From: an uncultured Candidatus Saccharibacteria bacterium
GTDB lineage: Bacteria; Patescibacteriota; Minisyncoccia; HO2-45-28
Length of the DNA stretch: 54,057 nt
Assembly (NCBI GenBank): GCA_964574495.1
Contig: CAZNNT010000002.1
Coordinates: forward strand, 1 to 54,057
Direction: 5' to 3'
Below are positions 25,522-32,720 of this stretch, piece after piece. Position numbers and translations under genes: made by a program. The first letter of the stretch is position 1; each line of letters begins with the position of its first letter. The notes beneath the pieces were generated by a model that did not search any database, was not told the DNA's origin, and saw only the letters and a program-made list of their open reading frames with translations.

Positions 25522-26433
25522 GTGCGACATTCGGATAAAAATGATTTTTTAAGGCAGTACTTGGAATATCTGGAAATTGAAAAAGGCCGAGGCCTGAAGA
25601 CCCTTGATAATTACGGCAGGGATCTTGCCGCCTTTTTTGATTTTGCTAAAATCGCAGCACCCGCCGACATTACTGATGACGCTGTACGCGATTTCCGGCT
25701 GTGGCTCAATCGCAAAAATCTGAAGAAAAAGACCCAAAATTATTATTTAATCGCGCTACGCGGTTTTTTAAAATATCTGGCCAGGCGCGAAATCGCGAGT
25801 TTGGCTGCCGAGAAAATAGAATTGGCTAAAACGGGGGAGCGCGAAATTGATTTAATATCGGAAGACGAATTGGAGCGTTTAATCGTCTCCCCGTCCGGAG
25901 ACGGCGCCAAGGGCCTGCGGGACCGCGCGATTCTGGAGCTTTTGTTTTCAACCGGACTTCGTGTGTCCGAACTTTGTTCGCTTAATCGCGATTCCGTCAA
26001 TTTAAAAAAGGGGGAATTCAGCGTAAGGGGTAAGGGAGAAAAAGTGCGCCTGGTTTTTTTGTCCGATGACGCGAAGTCAGCCGTTGAAAATTGGCTGAAT
26101 AAACGGCCCGACATTGAAGAGGCCCTTTTTGTTCGCCTCCCAAGAACTAAAAGCCATAAGCTAAAAGCTATAAGCTATTCCCGCCTCACTCCGCGTTCGG
26201 TAGAAAGAATTATAAAATATCACGCGCTCAAATCCGGCATTTCAAAAAAAGTTACTCCGCACACTTTGCGCCATTGTTTCGCGACCGACTTACTCTCAAA
26301 CGGCGCGGATTTGCGTTCGGTCCAGATAATGCTGGGGCATTCCAACATTTCAACCACGCAAATTTATACTCACATCACCAATCGTCAGCTTAAAGATATT
26401 CATAAGGCGTTTCACGCCAAAAAAAGACAATAG
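25522..26433 (+). CDS. xerC: tyrosine recombinase, XerC/XerD family (GTG start)
   Basis: N-terminal SAM-like domain (YLEYLEIEKGRGLKTLDNY). Catalytic ELLFSTGLRVSE, HTLRHCFAT and LGHSNISTTQIYTH. Confidence 0.85.
   Translation: MRHSDKNDFLRQYLEYLEIEKGRGLKTLDNYGRDLAAFFDFAKIAAPADITDDAVRDFRLWLNRKNLKKKTQNYYLIALRGFLKYLARREIASLAAEKIELAKTGEREIDLISEDELERLIVSPSGDGAKGLRDRAILELLFSTGLRVSELCSLNRDSVNLKKGEFSVRGKGEKVRLVFLSDDAKSAVENWLNKRPDIEEALFVRLPRTKSHKLKAISYSRLTPRSVERIIKYHALKSGISKKVTPHTLRHCFATDLLSNGADLRSVQIMLGHSNISTTQIYTHITNRQLKDIHKAFHAKKRQ
26151..26178. repeat. period-7 tandem tract AAGCCAT AAGCTAA AAGCTAT AAGCTAT inside xerC
   Basis: Read directly. Encodes the extra KSHKLKAISYS loop. Confidence 0.6.
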
Positions 26434-26516
26434 CGGCTGAGTCGGTCGGGCAAAACCCCCCCGCACACACCCTCCGCCGCGCCCTCGCGGGAGGCCAGAA
26501 TTTTTTCGCCGCCAAA

Positions 26517-28133
26517 TCAGATAATTTTAGCTTCTTTCAAAACTTGTTTAACACTTTTATTATAATTATGTATTTTCTCCAAAGCCAGTTTCGCTTGTTT
26601 CTTACTGATAAATCCCACCGTAACTTCTCGTGCAAGCCGTGAACTATCCGGATGAAACCCAAGCATTTTTCTCGCCTTGTTTTCTGCGGCTCTCGCAAAT
26701 AAACATGAGTTCGCGTTTGATTCAATCAACCTTTCTCCTTGCGGAATTTTCCAACCCAACTTTCTTAAAACCTTTTCTGTGTCTTTGATTTTGCGTTGAA
26801 GTAAAAAAGGTAAATGTACGATATAAACAGGCGGCTTATTTTTGAATGGTTGCAATTTTCTCATCGCCGAGAAAACAAACTTTTTAGATTCACTATTTTG
26901 GCTCAATCCAGCCCATTCATTGATTCCCAAAATAACAACACTTACTCCATGCTTCTGAGCTTCTCCATAATACGCACGTATAATAAGCCGCCTGCACAAC
27001 TGACAAGTTCTCACAAACGGAATTTTATGCTCACATTTTATTGAGTAATGCCTTCGCCCTTCCACGTACCATTTCCGAAATTCTTCTTTTAATTCTTGTG
27101 AATCATGTTTGCTGTATAAATCCGCAGTTTTTTGGAAACAAGCGCGATCAACTGGACGCATATATTTTCTCGCGTCTATGTGTTCGAAATCAACATCCAA
27201 TGTTTTTGCAACTTGTTTTGCTCTTAAGAAAACGTGCTTTGGGTAATAATGAGTGTCTAAAGAGAAAGCCAGAGGAGTAAAGCCCATGCTCTTAGTTTCA
27301 TAGAGAGTTGCCGTACTGTCCTTTCCGCCAGATATACCGACCATTGCGTCATATTTACCTTTACCAGAATTTTTAAGCGAAAGTAAAAAATTTAACTCTT
27401 TTTGTAATGGAGTTTTGCTAAAATTTTTTACATATCGTTCGCATACATCGCATAAACCAGATTTTCCGATAGTGTTGGATAAATTAGTGCTGGTATTCAC
27501 ACATTTTTTACACTCAACCACCTCGACTAACGCTCTAATTTGAGCAACAATTTCTTTTTGTTTAGTCGCCGCTGTATTGAAAGACAGGTGAGCAATTTTT
27601 TCCACTTTATTAGTCGAGAAAAGACGTTCTTCAATTTGTTTTTCTTTTTCGGCGTCTTTTCGTGAAAAGTTTTCTCGTTTTGAAACCCGCATCGCCAAAT
27701 GTTTGTCGGGAGTTTTAAGATAGACGACCAAGTACCCGTTTTTCTTGAAGTGAGTTGAATTTCTGTAACCACGAATTCCAGCAATGATAATAAACTTCTT
27801 GGAGAACTTTTTTTGATGAATATAAATTAGTGTCTTTGCAATTATTGATGAAGAATAGCGGTTTTTGAGATATGTGAAAAAATTGCGCGCTTCTTCTCTC
27901 GGAATACTTTTGGCAACTTTCTTATTGTAAATTTTGCTAACAGTTTGGATAAAATCAATTTCTTTCTCCGGCAATTTTTTCTTAATGGTAGCGGCTGGGT
28001 TGATAACAAAGTCAAATGCTTCTACATAATTTGCTGAAGAAAAAGAAGCCAAAAGTAATTTGGCTATGGTTGTTTTGCCGCTTCCCGGAGCACCAAAAAC
28101 CGCTATTCCTTTATATTTCTTATCCATAATCAT
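26517..28133 (-). CDS. fusion protein: N-terminal P-loop nucleotide/nucleoside kinase-like domain, zinc ribbon, and PP-loop (N-type ATP pyrophosphatase) domain
   Basis: Walker A GAPGSGKTT, then CKKC...CDVC, then the SGGKDS PP-loop motif (GISGGKDSTATL). This resembles N-acetyl-sugar amidotransferase-type PP-loop enzymes. The gene is markedly AT-rich. Confidence 0.7.
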   Translation of the reverse strand: MIMDKKYKGIAVFGAPGSGKTTIAKLLLASFSSANYVEAFDFVINPAATIKKKLPEKEIDFIQTVSKIYNKKVAKSIPREEARNFFTYLKNRYSSSIIAKTLIYIHQKKFSKKFIIIAGIRGYRNSTHFKKNGYLVVYLKTPDKHLAMRVSKRENFSRKDAEKEKQIEERLFSTNKVEKIAHLSFNTAATKQKEIVAQIRALVEVVECKKCVNTSTNLSNTIGKSGLCDVCERYVKNFSKTPLQKELNFLLSLKNSGKGKYDAMVGISGGKDSTATLYETKSMGFTPLAFSLDTHYYPKHVFLRAKQVAKTLDVDFEHIDARKYMRPVDRACFQKTADLYSKHDSQELKEEFRKWYVEGRRHYSIKCEHKIPFVRTCQLCRRLIIRAYYGEAQKHGVSVVILGINEWAGLSQNSESKKFVFSAMRKLQPFKNKPPVYIVHLPFLLQRKIKDTEKVLRKLGWKIPQGERLIESNANSCLFARAAENKARKMLGFHPDSSRLAREVTVGFISKKQAKLALEKIHNYNKSVKQVLKEAKII

Positions 28134-28311
28134 TTCAATAATTCATCAACTGAAACATCAAGCGCATCCGCAAGTTTTTCTAATACGCCGAGGGTGATAT
28201 TTTTCTTGCTGCCCTCAATCTCGCTCATATAGCTTCATCCATCTCTAACTTGCGGCAAATGTCGCCTTGCGTCATTTTACGACGAAACCGTATGCGCTTT
28301 GTCCTAGTTTT
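28130..28311 (-). pseudogene. XRE-family helix-turn-helix gene interrupted by a frameshift
   Basis: The N-terminal part (KRIRFRRKMTQGDICRKLEMDE, stops at 28225) and the C-terminal part (YMSEIEGSKKNITLGVLEKLADALDVSVDELLK, 28130-28228) are in different frames. Together they read like a canonical XRE HTH. The C-terminal ORF stop overlaps the ATG of 26517..28133 (ATGA). Confidence 0.55.
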
Positions 28312-28321
28312 TTGGAAAGTT

Positions 28322-28358
28322 TGGTGCCCCCATCGGGATTCCGCTTCGCTAGAACCCG
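28322..28358 (-). pseudogene. partial tRNA-Glu 3' copy with CCA and a 10-nt insertion in the T loop
   Basis: Minus strand reads CGGGTTC[TAGCGAAGCG]GAATCCCGATGGGGGCACCA. It is identical to the tRNA-Glu T arm and acceptor apart from the bracketed insert. Confidence 0.65.
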
Positions 28359-28460
28359 TCGGCCTTCGGCCTCCCCGGACACCTCTCGGTTTCCGGCGGT
28401 CGCTTTGCTCCCTGCCTTCCTCCTCGGGAAAAACTACAGTTTTTCCCGACCCCTTTTCGC

Positions 28461-28477
28461 GGGTTCGAATCCCGATA
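28461..28477 (+). repeat. inverted 17-nt copy of the tRNA-Glu T arm (CGGGTTCGAATCCCGAT)
   Basis: Identical to the corresponding tRNA-Glu segment but on the opposite strand. Confidence 0.7.
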
Positions 28478-28507
28478 TTGGGTTCGAAAGTGCTCCGCAC
28501 TTTTCAG

Positions 28508-28582
28508 TGCCCCCATCGGGATTCGAACCCGAGTTTCCACATTGAAAGCGTGGCGTCCTAGACCGGACTAGACGATAGGGGC
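28508..28582 (-). tRNA. tRNA-Glu (anticodon UUC), CCA not encoded
   Basis: Acceptor GCCCCTA/TGGGGGC, anticodon arm CCACG-CTTTCAA-TGTGG, T arm TCGGG-TTCGAAT-CCCGA. The 3' flank is CTG. Confidence 0.88.
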
Positions 28583-28608
28583 TTAAACTCTATCAATTTT
28601 AGCATTTT

Positions 28609-30006
28609 TTGCGTATTATTCAAGTCATTATGTTGGAATTGCGCCGTATTTGGCCGGCTTTAACGATTTTCGGATTTGCTTTTGGCGTGTTTTTCAGGTC
28701 TTTTTTTAACGCGGATTGGCCCGTTGCCCTGTTTATTATGATAACCGGGGTTTTCTTTTTGATTTTCGCTTATTTGAAAGTCGAATATCCAAAGGGAATT
28801 TTCATTTTTCTTGGAATTTTTATCCTGTCCTTCGGTCTGGGCATCTTACGCTACGATATTAAAGATAACGCGCCTGTTTCGCGGGAATTGTTTTTTGCGG
28901 TCGGGCAAAACATCTCGCTTAAGGGTTTTATCAGCGATGAACCGGATGAGCGCGAAAATTCAACCCGCTTGATTTTTAAGGCAACAAGCGGCGATAAAAT
29001 TTTACTGGTTACCAATCGTTATCCCGAATTTTCGTACGGCGATATTCTGGAGATAAGCGGAACGCTGAAAAAGCCGGATAACTTTTCCGATTTTGATTAC
29101 CGCGCTTATTTGGCCAAAGACGATGTTTTTCTTGAGATGGTTTTTCCCGAAATTAAAAAAATAGGATCGGGCTCGGGGTCTATCGTAAAATCAGCGCTTT
29201 TAAAAATTAAAAATGGGTATCTTGAAAATCTATCCCGCGTCTTAACCGAACCGCAGGCCTCGTTTATCGGCGGACTAACGGTGGGAGCAAGAAAATCAAT
29301 GCCGTCCGATATTCTGGAAAACTTCAGAAAAGTCGGAGTCATACATATAGTAGTGCTGTCCGGTTACAACATAACCATAGTCGCCAGGGCTTTCGCCGGC
29401 GCTTTGGGCAGTTTTCTTCCGCGAGTTTTTAGCGCGTCTTTCGGCATCGTCGGCATAATTCTATTCGCGATTATGGCCGGCGCGTCAGCCACGGTGGTGC
29501 GCGCCTCAATTATGGCCGCGATTCTTTATTTAGCCGGAAGCGCCGGACGGGTATATCAGGCCAAAATCGCTTTGTTTGCCGCCGGATTTTTAATGATTTT
29601 GTACAATCCCAAAATTTTGCGTTTTGACCTCGGTTTCCAGCTTTCTTTTTTGGCCGCTTTAGGCCTGATTTATTTATCGCCCTATTTCGCGCGCTTCGTA
29701 AAATGGCTGCCGCAAAGATTTAAAATTCGCGAGTATGCTTTAGCGACGCTGTCGGCGCAAATCGCGGTCTTGCCGGTTCTTCTACAAAACTCCGATTCGC
29801 TTTCATTGTTTTCTCTTCCGGCGAATCTTTTTATCCTGGTCTTGGTTCCGGCTACGATGTTTTTCGGATTTTTATCCGGCGTTTTGGCTTTTGTTCATCC
29901 GTTCATTGCCTACCCATTTTCATGGGTAGCGTATCTGCTCTCGTCTTACGAGCTCGCGGTCGCGAGTTTTTTTGCCAACCTCCCGTTTTCCTCAATAAAT
30001 CTTTAG
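28609..30006 (+). CDS. comEC: ComEC/Rec2 DNA internalisation channel, DUF4131 (OB) plus competence TM domains only
   Basis: 465 aa. N-terminal TMs, an OB-like soluble insert (ISLKGFISDEPDERENSTRLIF...GDILEISGTLKKP), then a multi-TM competence domain (GVIHIVVLSGYNITIV). It lacks the MBL domain. Confidence 0.85.
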   Translation: MRIIQVIMLELRRIWPALTIFGFAFGVFFRSFFNADWPVALFIMITGVFFLIFAYLKVEYPKGIFIFLGIFILSFGLGILRYDIKDNAPVSRELFFAVGQNISLKGFISDEPDERENSTRLIFKATSGDKILLVTNRYPEFSYGDILEISGTLKKPDNFSDFDYRAYLAKDDVFLEMVFPEIKKIGSGSGSIVKSALLKIKNGYLENLSRVLTEPQASFIGGLTVGARKSMPSDILENFRKVGVIHIVVLSGYNITIVARAFAGALGSFLPRVFSASFGIVGIILFAIMAGASATVVRASIMAAILYLAGSAGRVYQAKIALFAAGFLMILYNPKILRFDLGFQLSFLAALGLIYLSPYFARFVKWLPQRFKIREYALATLSAQIAVLPVLLQNSDSLSLFSLPANLFILVLVPATMFFGFLSGVLAFVHPFIAYPFSWVAYLLSSYELAVASFFANLPFSSINL

Positions 30007-30017
30007 CGCAAAAATAT

Positions 30018-30046
30018 TTGACAAAAAATATTTTTTTTGCTATACA
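30018..30046 (+). promoter_or_regulatory. sigma70-type promoter (TTGACA-17 nt-TATACA with upstream TG) at the left edge of the island
   Basis: -35 at 30018-30023, -10 at 30041-30046. Confidence 0.6.
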
Positions 30047-30129
30047 TCTTTTGAAGGTAAAGGCCCGCGGCTCGGGGCTGCGGGTGTGGCAAGTTCGTTG
30101 ATTTTTACATCAAAGGAGGAAGAAGTCAG

Positions 30130-31857
30130 ATGAGGAAGTGGATGTCGGCTCTTTATGCTCTCGGTGTTTTGGTTCTGGCTTCTGCTGTTTCGGCCGCTAC
30201 GGCCCGTTACATTGACGCTCCGCCCATGTCAAAGGTTGTGAATGTTCCTGTGGGTGAAGTGAAGAGGTCCGACACCGTTCAGGTTCCGCTTATCACTTGG
30301 GGCGGAGACATCGCCACGATTTACGGCAATGGAAACGCGCGCTTGACCGTGAAAGGAAGCATTTTTGACAAGCTGGGACTCAAGCTGAAGCTGGTGCGTG
30401 AAGATGACTTCACCAAACAGCTGGCTTCTTTTCAGCGGGGCGATTCGCCCTATCTTCGCGGCACCCTGGGTATGATTAATATGGCTCTTGAAGCCGCGTC
30501 CAAAGATTCCAGAACGAAGCCAGTCGTCATTTACCAGATGACGTGGTCCGTCGGCGGAGACGCCCTCGTAGTCAAAGAAGGCATCAAAACGCCTAAGGAT
30601 TTGAAAGGAAAAACAATCGCCGTTCAGGCCTACGGTCCGCACCCGGATTATCTGGCCAACATTTTGGCCGCAGCCGGTCTTTCAATGAAGGATGTTACGG
30701 TCAAGTGGACCAAGGAGCTGACCGGAAAAGATAACACTCCTGTTTCGGCTTTCAAGAACGACAGTTCGGTTCATGCCGCAATGGTCATCAGTCCGGACGC
30801 TATGGCTCTGACTTCTGGCGGCAAAGTCGGCACCGGCTCCGAGGATTCGGTCCGCGGCGCCAGAATCATGCTCACAACCAAAACCGCGAGCAAGATTATT
30901 GCCGATGTTTACGCCGTTCGCGCGGACTATCTGAAAGCGAACCGCGACAAGGTGGAAAAATTTGTGCGTGGGCTTATGCTCGCTGAAGAAGAGCTCCGCA
31001 AAGTTTTCCAGAACAAATCCTCTTCGCCGGTCGCTTATAAGCAGATGATTTCGGCCGCCGCGGACATTCTTCTTGACAGTCCGCAGGCCGTGAGCGATGC
31101 CGAAGGCCTTTATGCCGACGCGGAATACGTAGGTTATAAGGGCAACGTGAAGTTTTTCGGCGACCCGAACTATCCGCGAAACATGGACAAGCTGACTGGC
31201 GAAATTCAAGACGCGTTCACTCCGCTCGGCCTTTTGAGCGCGAAAGTCGCCCTTGACCACGCTCGCTGGGATTACAACCGGCTGAAAGAAGGCCTGGTCG
31301 ACACGGCCGGCGTTGAAGCGCCCCGTTTCGTTGAGGCCGAGGTCGCCAAGATTGTCACCAAGAAACAGCAGCAGGGCACGCTCGCCGAGGGTCAGCTCTT
31401 CTCGTTTGAGGTCCATTTCCTACCCAACAAGAAAATTTTTACTGCAGATCTTTTTGCTGACGCTTTCAAAAAAGCCGTGAAATTTGCGGCCACTTACGGA
31501 GGAGCGGTCATTACTGTTGAGGGACACGGCGATCCTCTTGGTTATCTGAATGCCAAGAACTCGGGAGTCCCGCGGGTTAAGCTCGAGGAGATCAGACAAG
31601 GCAATAAAAATTTGAGTTTAAACCGCGCTAACGCTGTTCGTGACGAATTGATTGGTTTTGCAAAGAAAAACGGCGTCAGTCTGGATGCCAGCCAGTTTGT
31701 AACTGTTGGCCACGGTTTCGCGCAAGCGAAAACCGGAATGTGCGGCGAAGACCCCTGCAGGCCGAAAACAAAGCAGGAGTGGCTCGATAATATGCGTGTT
31801 GTTTTCAGAATCATCCAAGTCGAAACCGAAGCCTCCGTCTTCAACCCGGTTCAGTAA
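30130..31857 (+). CDS. secreted fusion: NMT1/SsuA-type substrate-binding domain plus C-terminal OmpA-like peptidoglycan-binding domain
   Basis: Signal peptide (ALGVLVLASAVSAATA). SBP-like core (SVGGDALVVKEGIKTPKDLKGKTIAV). OmpA_C-like tail (ITVEGHGDP...NLSLNRANAVRDEL...TVGHGF...NMRVVFRIIQVE). Confidence 0.75.
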   Translation: MRKWMSALYALGVLVLASAVSAATARYIDAPPMSKVVNVPVGEVKRSDTVQVPLITWGGDIATIYGNGNARLTVKGSIFDKLGLKLKLVREDDFTKQLASFQRGDSPYLRGTLGMINMALEAASKDSRTKPVVIYQMTWSVGGDALVVKEGIKTPKDLKGKTIAVQAYGPHPDYLANILAAAGLSMKDVTVKWTKELTGKDNTPVSAFKNDSSVHAAMVISPDAMALTSGGKVGTGSEDSVRGARIMLTTKTASKIIADVYAVRADYLKANRDKVEKFVRGLMLAEEELRKVFQNKSSSPVAYKQMISAAADILLDSPQAVSDAEGLYADAEYVGYKGNVKFFGDPNYPRNMDKLTGEIQDAFTPLGLLSAKVALDHARWDYNRLKEGLVDTAGVEAPRFVEAEVAKIVTKKQQQGTLAEGQLFSFEVHFLPNKKIFTADLFADAFKKAVKFAATYGGAVITVEGHGDPLGYLNAKNSGVPRVKLEEIRQGNKNLSLNRANAVRDELIGFAKKNGVSLDASQFVTVGHGFAQAKTGMCGEDPCRPKTKQEWLDNMRVVFRIIQVETEASVFNPVQ

Positions 31858-31868
31858 GGAGATTGGCG

Positions 31869-32669
31869 ATGACGGGGACAACAAAAACAAAGGGAGCGAT
31901 TTTTACTTTTCTTTTGGCGATAGCGTTTTTTGTTGCCGGTTGCGATTCCAGTAACACTCCACAGGAGACCACAAAAAAGGTTGAAGCGGTTAAAAATGGA
32001 TCTGTTCCTCCTCGTTACACCAGCTCTGTTTGGCCTCCAACGGGTCCGAAGGACGAAAAGCTTGTTTTGGCCCAAAATCCGCTTGCCAAGAATTATCTTG
32101 TCGTTCTTGATGGATCAGGGAGCATGGATGGGAGGAGTTGTTCCGGTAAAGATTCAAAAATTGTCGCTGCGAAGAAAGCCCTGCAGCAATGGTCCACGAC
32201 TGTTCCAGCTAACGCTAATCTTGGTCTCGTTATTTTTGACAATAACGGCATTACCGAACGGGTCGCCATGGGTAATGGCCCCGCTAACCGGAAGAATTTT
32301 GCCGATAGTGTTGAAAAGGCCTATGCTTCGGGCGGAACGCCTCTGCATAACGCGGTTCTTCTGGGATATAAACTTCTTGGCAAACAGGCGCGTAAGCAAA
32401 GAGGCTATGGCGAGTACCATCTCGTGGTCGTTACCGACGGCGAGGCGAATGGCGGCCAGGATCCGTCAAGAGTTGTTTCTGAAATTTTTGCGACTTCACC
32501 TATTACTGTTACCACTATTGGTTTTTGCATCGGAAAAGACCACTCGCTGAACCAGCCCGGGTTTACGGTTTACAAAGAAGCGGGCAACCTCGAAGACCTG
32601 AAAAAGGGCCTGGCCGAAGTTCTTGCCGAGTCGCCAACCTTTGATGTAAAGGATTTCAAGAAAGACTAA
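31869..32669 (+). CDS. vWA-domain lipoprotein (TerY-like)
   Basis: Lipobox FVAGC. Complete MIDAS (LDGSGSMDG, GGTPL, VVTDGEANGG). ATG at 31869 sits 7 nt after AAGGAG (the track ORF starts at TTG 31863). Confidence 0.8.
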   Translation: MTGTTKTKGAIFTFLLAIAFFVAGCDSSNTPQETTKKVEAVKNGSVPPRYTSSVWPPTGPKDEKLVLAQNPLAKNYLVVLDGSGSMDGRSCSGKDSKIVAAKKALQQWSTTVPANANLGLVIFDNNGITERVAMGNGPANRKNFADSVEKAYASGGTPLHNAVLLGYKLLGKQARKQRGYGEYHLVVVTDGEANGGQDPSRVVSEIFATSPITVTTIGFCIGKDHSLNQPGFTVYKEAGNLEDLKKGLAEVLAESPTFDVKDFKKD

Positions 32670-32684
32670 ATAAAGAAATCAAAA

Positions 32685-32713
32685 ATGCCGTTCCGGATAT
32701 ACCGGGACGGCAT
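32685..32713. terminator. bidirectional terminator between convergent vWA and AAA+ genes
   Basis: 12-bp stem ATGCCGTTCCGG / CCGGGACGGCAT with loop ATATA, an A-run upstream and a T-run downstream. Confidence 0.75.
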
Positions 32714-32720
32714 TTCAATT

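Noticed and set aside
28225-28561. Four overlapping ORFs (28225..28500, 28250..28561, 28267..28545, 28349..28540) over the tRNA-Glu scar region
   Set aside because: They are generated by GC-rich hairpins and tRNA-derived sequence. Only the last about 30 codons of 28225..28500 look real; these are the N-terminal half of the XRE HTH and are reported as part of the pseudogene.
25522-28582. An integrative element delimited by the XerC-like recombinase and tRNA-Glu
   Set aside because: The only tRNA-derived direct repeat brackets about 165 bp next to the tRNA. No matching repeat was found beyond the recombinase, and the recombinase looks like a housekeeping XerC/D. It is kept only as context in the findings.
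31930-32550. 206-aa alternative-frame ORF inside the vWA gene, and other internal ORFs in the island (30229..30642, 30682..31416, 32793..33515, 36217..36807, 37033..37458, 40702..41208)
   Set aside because: The annotated frames carry clear domain motifs (MIDAS, OmpA, AAA, TelA, ABC). The alternatives are typical long shadow ORFs of GC-richer DNA.
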